From the human T2T-CHM13v2.0 reference genome, Homo sapiens, in NCBI RefSeq assembly GCF_009914755.1, contig NC_060947.1: a stretch of 64,000 nucleotides of DNA. One strand, 5' to 3'. Positions 1 to 16,839 of this stretch are shown here, one piece after another. Under the pieces are notes generated by a model that saw nothing but the letters and a program-made list of their open reading frames with translations, searched no databases and was not told the DNA's origin. Numbering within the stretch: position 1 is the first letter of the stretch; each line of letters begins with the position of its first letter. The translations under genes and the position numbers were made by a program.

Positions 1-23
1 TGCCTCATCCTTCAGCTCCAACT

Positions 24-360
24 GTGGTAGACTGATTGCATTAATGGTCTCAATTATTCACCCTTCTCTTTATCCATGCTCTTTGTTGACATGTGACATG
101 TCACTCCCTTCCACTCTGATTCTAGGCCCAGTTATGTTATTTTCTTCTGCCAATGGAAGGCTGGCATAAGTGACAGCATGCAAATTCTGAAGCTAGGTAC
201 TAAGAAGCATTGTGTGTGTTTTCTCATTCCTGTAGCCAATCCAGGACAAGCCCAGCCTGGTCATCACAACCCTAGTTGACCTGAAGTTATTCTAGTGAGA
301 AATAAATATTTGTTGTTATACGGCATTGAGATCAGTGATTGTTCTGGAGCATTAGTAGCT
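24..360 (+). mobile_element. MLT1-family (MaLR) LTR remnant
   Basis: Starts TGTGGTAGAC; has the MLT1-like 'gccaatggaa...aagtgac' core and a 3' 'gagaaataaatatttgttgttat' end. Confidence 0.6.
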
Positions 361-369
361 CACTCTTAA

Positions 370-1105
370 ACCCCTCAATCCAATATTACTCAAATTCTGT
401 TAATCTACTACCAAAATATCTTTTCTATCTGTTACACTGACTCAGTTCTGTCCTTCAAAATGTTCTCACTCATCTCCCTATTTTCAGGCTTCCCCTCCTC
501 CAGCCAGTCCTCCACTTTGCTGCCATAATTATTATCCAGAGAAAGAAAACAAAATAAACAACAAAATATGATCATGTGACTTCCCTGCTTAAAACTCTTC
601 AATGGCTCCTCATTTCCCCAAGGATAAGACCCATACCCCTTAGCCTGGCATTGCGGGCTTCCCTTTTATACCACTCTTAACTGTAAAACTTCATCTACCC
701 TTTCCTCCCTGTTATTCTCCTATCACAAGGTTCAAACATGTTCTATTTTTTCAGGTTCCTAGGCATTTACTCATCCCACTGTTCCCTTTCCCCTCACCTT
801 CCCTGATTTGGGTGAAATCCTTTTCAGCTTTGTAGGCAGAACACAAATGCCAGTTCTTCTGTGCAGCCTTCCTTTTCCCTCACCCCCACTAGAAGATAAC
901 ATCCCTCTCCTTTGTACTTCTATATTGAGCTGTTTAGCTCACACATCCTTCAGCTCCGAGTTATAATTAGCTCCTTAAGCAATCACCTGCCCTACTCCTT
1001 GTGAAATTCTTTGTGTAATTTTTCCCTGCCACTTTCTCACTCTCATGCCCTTCCCATACCTAACACGAAACCTGGCACAAAGTAGGTGCTCAGTAATGAG
1101 TATCT
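370..1105 (+). mobile_element. L2 LINE 3' fragment
   Basis: 'gatcatgtgacttccctgcttaaaactcttcaatggctcc' and the terminal 'cctggcacaaagtaggtgctcagtaa' are typical of L2. Confidence 0.7.
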
Positions 1106-1849
1106 CATTGAAAGAATTCTCTAACTTTAAGTCCTTGGTGCTAGATCTGTAAGGTATTATATTAGGAGTAGTTATATCCCCAATATTATCCCCCCTCCCC
1201 TAACTTCATATTTCCAACTATAATCATCCATCAATGAGATTTCATTGGAGGCAGTTAGCTCTCCTTTTGAAAGCGATATGACACCAGAGAGGGAAAATGG
1301 CATCATTAGTGTTTAATCTAGGCCTTCCTTCCCATATATCTACCTGAGATAAGGTAATAAACATTTTGTTTTTGATGGGGTGGAGCAGGAATGCTGTATA
1401 GAGTTATACAGGATGCACACTGCAACTCTAAGAGGTGCCACTCAGCTAGGTATAGACACAACCTACAAAACTAAGATGGGGCCTAGGAGTAGTGATTCTG
1501 AAACAAAGAACCCAAGGGAGAGAGAGAAACCAGAGAGAGAAACTGAGGAGGCCAAGCAAGGATAGGATAAATGGAGAGAGATGAGAAGAGAGAAATGATG
1601 GAAACCAAGAACTGGAGGCTATAGCAATTTTTACATGTGCCTCTAGTGTATGAGCCTTCCTTCTGCAGCAATCTTTGGAAATGAAGACCACTATCCAGGG
1701 CAGGATTGCCTTAGAAAGAGTAAACACACTCTTTGTGTGTGGTCTGCCTGCTAATTCCCTGGTGTCAAATCTCGGCAGCCTTTTCTTCCATCTCCCACTT
1801 CATTCTTTATGGGGTTTCCAAATACCTCTTTCTCTGTGTCTCCATTCCC

Positions 1850-2170
1850 TAGCTTACCGCTGACTCTCTGTGTGACCTTGGGTTGATCCTTTCTCTTCTC
1901 TGGACCTCTAGTTCCCCATTGATAGCATAAGGCCGGGGGGGGAGGGGCGGGGGTGTTGGATAAACTGTGTTACAGTGGCTCAGTTCCAGGACACTGTGTA
2001 TCTACGATTCCATAACTTTAAGGTGTGTTTGTGAGTGTGTTTATGCATGTGTATGAACTCGGACATGTCTCTGCCCCTTGGGCTTCAGCTTCCTAACTTA
2101 CAAAATGGTGATATTTGACCCAGGCAATCCTTTAAGGCCCTTCCAGTCTTTAAATATCACAATCCCATCA
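1850..2170 (+). mobile_element. Two MIR/MIR3 SINE fragments (~1850-1930, ~2060-2170)
   Basis: MIR core variants 'tgtgtgaccttggg...tctctggacctc' and 'gggcttcagcttcctaacttacaaaatgg...aaggcccttccagtc'. Confidence 0.55.
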
Positions 2171-2919
2171 TTCTGTACTTTAGATGACCCCAAGCCTTCT
2201 CCTTAAGTCACATCCTAGGGCTTCTCCTTGTATCATTTCTGTGCCTTTGTTATCCTTTTACCCATTTTCTCTGTAGTTCAAGGATGTTTCCCTTCTTGCA
2301 ACTCCCAGAAAGCAACATGCAGATTCCCAGGCCCTGCCCCAGAGCTAAGGAGCCATGTTTCCTTCTGGCCATACCACTGTTAGCTTCAAAGGACTATAAA
2401 AATGCCAGCAAATTACCTCCTCCCCACCCTGCCCCCCCAACCTCAGGAGAAAAAAAAAGCCATCTGCTTGGAGCAGTCTCCCACTGCTAATAGTTTTTTT
2501 TCCAGTTGTCTTGAGAAACTAAATTATTCTCTAAATAAGCCCCACTTAAGTTTATAATAGATGTGATTTAAATGAGAAAATTATCACCTTCTCAGCCTGG
2601 AAAAAGCACTTCAATTCCTCTAGGGAAGAAATGCCTTCATTAGCCAGGGCCTCTCTCAGACCTTTCAAGGCCAGGGCCCCATGCTAGGGGTGGCACTCAA
2701 AAAAAAATATTAAGAATACAAAGGCTAGGAGACTGGAGTGAGCTCGAATTAGCCCCAGACTACTTGGGGGACACAGACATTCAAGGATCATTGGGCTTTC
2801 AAGGGGATCATCCTATACAACCCCCTGCCCTCATGCTGGGCAGCCTTCTTTTCAAGCCAGACAGATGAATCTCTCCTGGTTGTAAGGGTCTTTGGATATC
2901 TCATTTCACAATTTATGCC

Positions 2920-3050
2920 AAAATTACAGAGCTGTAAGTTTCTTAGAGATCATCAGGTCTAGCCGCCTTATTGCAGAGATGGGGATACTGAGGCCTAGAA
3001 AAAAGAGAACTTACCCAAGGTCACATAGTGAGTCAGTGGCAAAGCCATAG
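2920..3050 (-). mobile_element. MIR SINE
   Basis: 'cagagatggggatactgaggcctag...acttacccaaggtcacatag' is the reverse MIR core. Confidence 0.7.
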
Positions 3051-3784
3051 GAAAAGAAGCAACCACATTACAGTTTGATTTTGCCAATTTTCCACACCTC
3101 ATCCCTCACCCTTTATGGCCTAACACTCTAGTGGAAGTCATCCCTGTCAGAGTTTTTGGTTCATGTGAATTCCCAAGTTTTGGACACAAGGGGAACTATC
3201 AAAGAGAGGGCCCTACTCCTTCCATCAGTTTGGTTCAAATAACTTGCCAACCACACCTGATTCTGCTTGGGACCTTGGTTATCTGACAACATAAGCCTAT
3301 GATCAGCCTCTGTATCATTTTATGACTGCTCTGGCTCAGTTCCCAGCCTCTTTCTCTATAATCAGGCACAGCTGCCCCATCCTTTTCACAGACAGGAACT
3401 GCTGTAGGTCATGAAAGTTTCACGTCCCCTCAAGAAACATCTTTAAGAGCATGCCCTATGCGAAAGGAATGGAATGGGATGTATCATCCCTGGAGATCTT
3501 GATGACTTAGGCTTCTTCCACCCCAACTCGTGTCCTCCCAAACACCATCCCTCCCTATCAGCTCCCTCTGCTGATAGCTAGTCCAGTGAGTTTTAACACC
3601 CATAGGTTATCATGAATAAAACGGGGGGTGTGGAGTCACATTTTAGGACATCATGAAAGAGGGTATTATATTAAATTCTGCAAAAGTGATGTGTATGTGG
3701 CAGAACTTATAAAATCTGTCATTGGGGAGTCTTGGGAAGGGAGAATATGATGATCCCACTTGCTGCATTTTGTTTTGCATTCAT

Positions 3785-4080
3785 CATCAATTCATTCATT
3801 CATTCCCAAACAGCCACCAAAAGTCTACTGTAGGTCAGGCCCTGTGCAAGATGCTAAGGATAAAGAAATAAGGCATAGAACCTTGTCCTCAAGGAGGTTC
3901 CAGATTAGTGAGGGCCATGTGCAAAGTGTTGAATAAACCTAAGTGAATCCCTAATTTTGCTTAGCTCTTCATAAAGGAGATAAATTTGGAGTGATTTTGG
4001 AAGGACAAAAGAGAGTTTTCCAACAGGAGAGGTGGAAAAGGGTGCTCCAAGCAGAGGAACTAACACGTCAAAAGCCCATA
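3785..4080 (-). mobile_element. L2 3' end
   Basis: (TTCA)n tail followed by 'ctactgtaggtcaggccctgtgcaagatgct...cttgtcctcaaggag'. Confidence 0.6.
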
Positions 4081-4089
4081 GCTGTATTG

Positions 4090-4310
4090 CAGTAGCTAAC
4101 ATTTATTGAGAACTAGCTATGTGACAAGTACCTTATGAACTAACTCACTCAATCCTGACAACAACCCTATAAGGTAGGTAATGTTATTATCCCATTTACA
4201 GATGGCTAACTGAGACACAGTGAGGTTATATGACTTACCTAAGGCTATCTTAAGTAGACAAGAGGGAAGGCAGTATTGCACCCTTCAGAGCTGAAGCTCT
4301 TAATCACATT
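4090..4310 (-). mobile_element. MIR SINE
   Basis: 'gctaacatttattgag...aatcctgacaacaaccctataaggtaggt...cccatttacagatg...aactgagacacag'. Confidence 0.8.
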
Positions 4311-4840
4311 ATATTTATATATCATGTAAATAATATCTAATCTCTTTGAGATGCCAGTGGGAAACATCTTGGCTAGCATGTGGAGTTGAAGGGGGTAGGG
4401 ACACAGAGGGCAAGCACAACAAGAAGCAGGTAGGTGAAGTCAGCATCAAAGGGCCATGTGGAGGAACAGTGAGGAACCATTGGAATGAGGGAGACATTTG
4501 CATTAGGTATGACTCTCAGGTACAAATGCAGGTGTACATGGCATATTCCATTTGCTTACCCCCATGCAAGCCATTAATGTCACCTCCCACGTTGGTGATC
4601 CTGATCCAGCAGGCTTATGCAGCATCCAGAGAAATGGGAGAAGGGCCTCTAATCTTCAGTTGTTCATTGCCACTGCTGACATCCCTGTTACCCAAGCCCC
4701 GTCAATGGACTATGAATGAGGCAGGCTGAAAACTGTACCTGAGGAAATTCGGCCCTAGGCAACCCCTGTCTTTGGCCTTAGGTTAGAAAGAGCTTGTGAG
4801 ACCCAAGAGAGTGCTCCAAAGGTACCTTTGTTATCCTTCT

Positions 4841-4969
4841 AATATTTTCATTACTATATTTATAACTATACAATGCTAGTTCTGTACCAATACAGCCTTG
4901 TAAAGCAAGCATAATGCCATCTGATCCTTACAAAAGATACTCATTTTAAAAAGACAGTAAAATAAACAA
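4841..4969 (-). repeat. 129-bp dispersed direct copy of BMI1-retrocopy 3'UTR (source 6884-7013)
   Basis: Manual alignment gives ~14 differences in ~129 nt, including the identical 'ttgtaaagcaagcataatgccatctgat'. Confidence 0.9.
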
Positions 4970-5237
4970 GAAAGGTGGCACTTGTGATTTAGAAGGAAGC
5001 TGGGAGGGCAGAAATGTAGTTTCCTGGGAGGTGGTGCTAGCAAGGCCCCACTGAAGTGGTAGAGGCGCCTGGATACTTGTCTTCTGGCCACAAAGAACTG
5101 CTTTGTAAAATTGACCTTGTTAATAAGATTTAATTTTCTTGTCATTCTTTCCTTCTTTGATCTGTTTTTAGTATTTAATACAATTATTTGTGAAATGACA
5201 GCCACTTTCACCTGTACCGCAAAGAAGCAGAAAATAT

Positions 5238-5760
5238 GTGTGGCAGACTGCTTGTCCTTATCCCATACCTACACTCTTATTCCTGTCTAACAGAACATTA
5301 ATTTTGTTTGAGGCAGAAGTGTGCCCAGCTGAACAAACTACACTTCTCAGCCTCCCTTGCCTTGTAGAAGTGTAGCCAGATGACAGGTAGCCAATGAGAT
5401 ATAAGCAGAACTCACTGTGTTGCTATTCTAGAAGTTTATTTTTTTAAAGACACTTATATGGGCACATAAGTTTTGCCTTTTTCCTGTCCTCTTCTTTCTT
5501 CCTGCAATGCAGCCATGATGCCTGGAGCTTCAGGAGCTATCTATCCTGTAGATAGATACCTATATCACTAGGATGATGCTGCAGGCAAGAATGGCAGAGC
5601 ATAAAGACACGAGGGCCTGAATATCCAGTGGTTCCTGGACTTGCTAGCTTTTGATTTCTTGTTATATGAGAAAAGCAAACCTTTTGCTTGTTTAAACTTC
5701 CGGGTTTCTTTGTTTGCTTATTTGCTTTTATTATTTGTGGCCAAATGCAATCACAAATTT
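5238..5760 (+). mobile_element. MLT1J-like LTR remnant
   Basis: 'tgtggcagactgc...gtgcccagct...actacacttctcagcctcccttgc...gccaatgagatataagcagaa'. Confidence 0.65.
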
Positions 5761-6105
5761 ATGTAGTTTGCATACCTTCTTGAGCTAGAGTTGAAAGAGT
5801 AGTGGGGCAGTGGTGTCTGCTGAGAAAGAGATCATCCTGAGAGGTGAGCTGTGGGCAGCCAATCCTTCCCCTCCTGCAGGCCTTCCTTTCCAAGCTCTTC
5901 TTTGTCCAAACCTGGGAATTTCTCCGTGCTCATTAAATTGAGAACTCTGTTCCCTTACAAGGGGTGACAGTGAGAACCAGTGCCTTCAAGGGAAAGTAAA
6001 ACCCAGTAGATAAAATATGGGCATCTGATACAAACTGTACCTTCCCTCCTACACCCTTGTCTTTTGGAACTCTTCTTTGGCAAAACCTAGGATGTTCCCA
6101 GTTCT

Positions 6106-9235
<3,130 letters not shown>

Positions 9236-9349
9236 CCAGTTCTCTTTCAGCAAGGGCAGCTGTTTTCCTTGTGTGATGGCAGGAAAAGAAGAAAGGGGGC
9301 CTACTAACCTGGCTAGAAAATAGAGAGAGTGTCTAGAAGGCAGAAAATT

Positions 9350-9860
9350 AATAACAGTAATAATCATGGTTGCCATGGATTAATCATTTTCTTTTTCCCA
9401 GGCAATGTGCTATGGACTTTTTATGTTTATTTCTCATTAACCCTAGTACGAATGCTATGCCATAGGTGCAATTGTTGTTCCCGTTCTATAGAAACTCACA
9501 CAGAAAGGTTAAGAAACTTGCCCAAGATCACACAACCAGCAAACTGAAAGCTGCAATTTTAACTTAGAAGCACTACCCAAGTATAACCTGAAAAACTTCC
9601 ATAGTTTCTTATCGTCTCTGGGGAAGTCCCAGACATTTCAAAAGGTATTAAAGATCTAGTATGATCTGGCCCTAAAATACCTTTTTGGCCAAACCTGAAT
9701 CAATTCAAAGGAACCAAGTCTGTTTGGGCTAGAAGTTTTTTTAGAGATCACCTAGTCTAATGTCCTTCTTATATAGATGGAGAGACTGAGGCGTAGAACT
9801 CATTCCTAGTGGTAGTACTAGAACTAGGACTCAGGTCTTCAGGATCAGTCCAGTATTTCT
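9350..9860 (-). mobile_element. Two MIR fragments (~9350-9570, ~9720-9860)
   Basis: 'aaggttaagaaacttgcccaagatcacacaac' and 'agagatcacctagtcta...tagatggagagactgaggc'. Confidence 0.6.
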
Positions 9861-10161
9861 TTTCTGGTGTGCCTGGTCAGGAAAATGTAATTAATAAATG
9901 TTCATTAAACTCATAGATAAATGGATTAAAGTTACACCTAAATGACAACAAGTGGTTCCAACAATGCTGGGGGAAGGCATAGAAGGGATAGAGTAGGACT
10001 ATTGATCTTAGACCAGAAGCTCCTGGGAGGTAAGAACAAAGTTTCCTGGTCCCTTCCTATATACATACATATCTTATTTGTATATGACCCAGTTAGTACC
10101 ATCAGGAACCTAGAAAATGCCTCATGAGGGCAGTGATTGATTCTTCTCTCAAAAGGTTGCA

Positions 10162-10192
<31 letters not shown>

Positions 10193-10207
10193 GTCTCTCC
10201 CTGTCTA

Positions 10208-10257
<50 letters not shown>

Positions 10258-10263
10258 TCTCTC
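10162..10263. repeat. Compound (TC)n-(AC)~22 microsatellite
   Basis: Directly visible. Confidence 0.95.
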
Positions 10264-10289
10264 TGGCAGAGTATCCTGTAAGAAAGCTG

Positions 10290-10468
10290 TCATGCAATAG
10301 TATAGAAGAAAAAGCATAGGAAAAGATAGATCTAGATTTGGGTCCAGACTGCTACTTAAAAGCTGTGTGGACTTAGACAAATCTCTTAGCTTCTGTTTCT
10401 TCATGTGTCCAATTGGAATAATAAAGCCTACCTCATGAAGTTATTGAGAAGATTAAATGAGATTATTT
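10290..10468 (+). mobile_element. MIR SINE
   Basis: 'agctgtgtggacttagacaaatctcttagcttctgtttcttcatgtgtccaattggaataata...gagaagattaaatgag'. Confidence 0.75.
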
Positions 10469-10910
10469 TATCAGCTAAGATTGTGCTGTCTTTGCGTAAC
10501 AGAAATTCTTTCACCTAAAGTGGCTTAGATAATAAGGGCTTTATTTGTGTCACTAAAAAAAAAGGATGGACTTAAACCACAGAGGATTGGAACAGTGGTT
10601 CTAAAGTCTTTAAATATTAGGTTCTTAGGATTCTTGGCCCCCCAAATCCTTAGCATGTATATTTCTTCCTTGTGCTCTCAAGTTGCATCACATTCTAGGC
10701 ATGAAAGGATGAAGGGCAAAAGGCACAGGATGAGTGCCAGCTCAATCTATCATTGGCCACAGTGGGTCACATTATCACACCTAGTTGCAGGGAGTTTGTG
10801 GAGAGGAGTATTTTAAGTGGGTGCATTATTTACCCAAACAAAATCATGGTTCTGTTTAGAAGGAGGAAAGAATGGATAGAGAGTAGGTAACTTGCCGAGT
10901 CTATCACAAT
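10469..10910 (-). mobile_element. MLT1 LTR remnant
   Basis: 'tcagctaagattg...gtaacagaaa...aaagtggcttag' and 'cattggccacagtgggtcacat...ctagttgcagggag'. Confidence 0.55.
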
Positions 10911-11261
10911 GGTATAGGTCAAAGTTTTTAGACACAGAGCCAGTTTGCTATAAAAGAGATGTTTAGTAAATGTGAGTGATTGACCTATAAACCTGAAAAA
11001 AAGTTCAAGTGATAGATGAAGTCAAGGACATTCTGGCCCATTAGTGGGGCACTCAAGACCCAGGGTCCCAGCTTGGAGGTCTCCACCAAAGTGTCTACTG
11101 GGAAATCTGTAAATACAAAAAAAAAAAACAAAAAACAAAACAAAAAATAACAAAATCTCTCATATTAAGTTCTTGTCCACTGGCTTTAAACCATTCCTGA
11201 AATTTTACTATTCAGCTTACTCTTTTGAGCTGAGGTATTGTCTCTAGGTTAAAACACAAAC

Positions 11262-12886
11262 ATGGAAGTCCTAGCCAGAGCAATCAGGCAAGAAAAAGAA
11301 ATAAAAGGCATCCAAATCAGAAAAAAAAGTCAAACTATCTTTCCCTGCCAATGATATAATCTTTGGAGAACTCTAAAGATTCCTCCAAAATACTTTATAT
11401 TTAATAACTGAATTCAGCAAAGTCTCAAGTACCAAAATCAATGCACACAAATCAATAACACTGCTGTATACCACCAAACAAGCTGATAATCAAATCAAGA
11501 ACTCAATCCCTTTTACAATAGTTGCAACTTAACAAAAAGCATGAAAGTTATCCACAAGGAGAACTACAAGACACTGCTGAAAGAAATCATAGATGACAAA
11601 AACAAATGGAAATACACCCCATGCTCATGGATTGGAAGAATCAATATCATGAAAATGGCCATACTGCTCAAAGCGATCTACAGATTCAAAGTAATTCTTA
11701 TCAAACTACAAACATCATTATTCACAGAATTAGAAAAAAACAATCCTACATTTCATATGGTGCCAAAAATAGAGCCCAAATGGCAATCCTAAGCAAAAGA
11801 ACAAATCTGGAGGCATCACATTACCAAACTTCAAATTATACTATGAGGCTATAGTACACAAAACAGCATGGTACTGATATAAAAGTATATATATAGACCA
11901 ATAGAACAGGATAGAGAACCCTGAAGTAAAGCCAAATACTTACAACCAACTGATCTTTGACAAAGCATATGAAAACATAATGTGGGGAAACGACACCCTC
12001 TTTAATAAATGGTGTTGGGAAAACTGGATAGCCACATGTAGAAGAATGAAAGTGGAGCCCTGTCTCTCACCATATACAAAAATTAACTCTAAATGGATTA
12101 AAGACTTTATTCTAAGTACTGAAACTATAAAAATTCTACAAGAAAATCCAGGCAAACTCTTCTGGACATTGGCCTAGGCAAAGAATTTATGACTAAGACC
12201 CCAAAAGCAAATTCGACAAAAACAAAAATAAATAAATGGGACCTAATGAAACTAAAAAACATCTTTACAGCAAAAGAAATAATCATCAGAGTAAATAGAT
12301 AACCTAGAGAATGGGAGAAAATATTTGCAAACTATGTATCCAACAGAAGACTAACATCCAGAATCTACAAGGAATACAAACAAATCAGCAAGAAAAAAAA
12401 ATCCTTTAAAAAATGGGTAGATGTCATGAATAAACATTTCTCAAAATAATATATACAAATGGCCAAGAAACATAAAAAAATGCTCACTACATCAAACATT
12501 ACTACATTTTCTTCAGGTAAATGCAAATTAAAATCACAATGAGATACCACCTTACCTTGCCAGAACGCTAGGTAAAAAGTCAAAAAACAGGATTGTTGTG
12601 ATTACTCACACCTGCAATCCCAGTATTTTGGGAGGCTAAGGTGAAAGTACTGCTTGAGCCTAGGAGTTTGAGACCAGCCTGGGCAACATAGTGGGACCCC
12701 ATCTCTTCAAAAACTAATAATTAAAAAAAAATTAGTCAGGCCTGGTGGTACACATCTGTAGTCCCAGCTACTCGGGAAGCTAAGGTGGTTGACTCACTTG
12801 AGCCCTGGAGTTTTAGGCTGCAGTGAGCCATGATTGTGCCACCACAATCCAGTCTGGGTGACAGAGTGAGTGAGACCCTGTCACAA

Positions 12887-12941
<55 letters not shown>

Positions 12942-13720
12942 TGTATATATATGTATATATATGTGTGTATATATATATGTATATATGTACACATATATAT
13001 ACATATATATATTTTTTTAAAGATGTTGGCATGGATGTGGTGAAAAGGGAACACTTATATATTGCCAGTGGGAATGTAAATTAGTACAACCTCTATGGAA
13101 AACAGTATGGAGATTTATCAAAGATGTAAAATTAGATCTACCATTCAATCCAGGAATCCCACTACTGATATCTACTCAGAGGAAAAGAAAATATTATGCA
13201 AAACAGACACCTGCATGTGTGTGTTTATTGCAGCATTACTCACAGTCGCAAAGATATGGAATTAACCTAAATGCCCATCAACTGCTAAGTGGATAAAGAA
13301 AATATGGTATATACATATACCATGAGATATTACTCAGCTATTAAAACAAACAAACAACAAAAAAAAACAAAGTAATGCCTTCTGCAGCAACATGGCTAGA
13401 ACTGGAGGCCATTGTTCTATGAGAGGTAATTCAGGAATGGAAAACCAAATACCACATAGTCTCACATACAAGTGAGAGCATTCAAGCTATGGGTAAGCAA
13501 AAGCAATCAGAGTGGTATAATGCACATTGGAGACTAAGAAGGGGGAGGGTGCAAGGGAGTGACGGATGAAAACCTACCTATTGGGTACAATGTACACTAC
13601 TCAAGTGATGGGTACACTAAAATTCCAGACTTTACCAATATAAAATTCACCCATGTACTGAAAAAATTTATACCCACAAAGTGATTGCAATAAAAAAATA
13701 AAAATATATAAATAAACCAA
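11262..13720 (+). mobile_element. 5'-truncated L1 (L1PB4-like), ORF2 C-half plus 3'UTR
   Basis: ORF2 remnants ([25 protein letters not shown]), a PB-type 3' end and A-tail; degenerate TSD aaaacacaaacatg / aaaataccaacatg. Confidence 0.85.
12590..13012 (+). mobile_element. AluJ (12590-12886) with tail converted to (TA)n(TG)n microsatellite
   Basis: Diverged Alu dimer interrupting L1 ORF2, followed by a TA/TG array. Confidence 0.85.
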
Positions 13721-14382
13721 ATAAAATACCAACATGTTATAACTTTAGATTGGGTAACATATTGGTCTCTTAAGCCCTTTGCATATCAGCACAACTAAAA
13801 ATGTGAGCATAAGATGTGCCCTGAAAGAATAAGGGGCACTTATGAAAAGGTGGAAGTGGGGTTTGAGAAAGTCCAAACAATGGGGGAAGCTCTGTGGAGA
13901 CAGGCAACCAGGTTTAGAGTTAAATGTTGGGCACAGAGAACCCAAAGGGAAGACATAAACTCTGCCCACTTTACTATTTTTCTTTGAGATGGACCTGCTG
14001 AGTTGCTTTTAAGTCAACTGTGGAACACAGACACACCAACAAGTTTATCAGACTCTTGTGCCCAACTCTGCTTTCCAAGCCACTAACAAAAGTTGGCCTT
14101 ATTCTTCTTCCCATTACCATGGTTGGGATTTTTTTTTTTTTTACTTAGAGAATAGGAGTCAGGAGGTCTGTGTTCAGTTTCTAACTCTAGCATCCACTTG
14201 TTGATAGCATAGGGAAATTGTTTAGCACATACATTCCAAAGTTTTACTTCCCCACATATCAAATGAGGATAAAAATCTCCACCTAGCTCATAATTCATAA
14301 TTGAAGGAAAGTACTTTAAAAATAATAAAGTCTAATGTGTTATACAAATGTAAGAAATTACTTTCTGGGTTTATCTATTCCG

Positions 14383-14580
14383 TAATTCAACAGCATTTAT
14401 TGAGAGCTTACTATGCTTTGGAGTCTGTTTTAGCATAGGGGATACTACTGTAGAAAACAAATTTTATTTTTACAAAATTTTAATCCTGTTGAAAGATCTA
14501 GAAAATAAACAAGAAAATATCACCTAGTAGTACATAAGTGCTATAATGGAATTAAAAAGGGTAATGTTGTTAGGAGTAAC
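14383..14580 (-). mobile_element. L2 3' end
   Basis: 'aattcaacagcatttattgagagcttactatg...ggggatact'. Confidence 0.6.
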
Positions 14581-15316
14581 TTGTGAAGTAAAGAAAACTA
14601 TTTTAAAATTCATATGGAACCAAAAAAGAGCCCAAATATCCAAGGTAATCCCTAGGCAAAAAGAACAAAGCTGGAGGCATTACACTACCTGACTTCAACC
14701 TATACTACAAAGTTACAGTAACTAAAACAGCACTGTACTGGTGTAAGGACAGACACATAGACTGGTGGAAGAGCAGAGAACCCGGAAATAAGACCTCGCT
14801 CCTACAGCTATCTGATCATCAACAAACCTGGCAAAAACAAGCAATGGGAAAAAGATTCTCTATTTTATAAATGGTGCTTGGATAACTGGCTAGCCACGTG
14901 CAGAAAATTGAAACTGGACCCTGTCCTTACACCTTACACAAAAATTAACTCAAGATAGAGTAAGGACTTAAATATAAAACCCAAAACTATAAAAACCCTA
15001 GAAGAAAACCTGGGCAATACCATTCAGGACATAGGCATGGGCAAAGATTTCATGATGAAGATGCCAAAGGCAATTGCAACTACAGCAAAAACTGACAGAT
15101 GGGATCTATTAAACTAAAAAGCTTCTGCACAGCAAAAGAAACTATTAACAGAGTAAACAGACAACCTACAGAATGGGAGAAAAGTTTTGCCAACTGACAG
15201 AAGTCTAATATCCAGCATCTATAAGAAACTTAAACAAATTAACAAGAAAAAAACAACCCCATAAAAAAGTGGGCAAAGACATGAACAGAAACTTCTCAAA
15301 AGAAGACATACATGTG

Positions 15317-16839
<1,523 letters not shown>

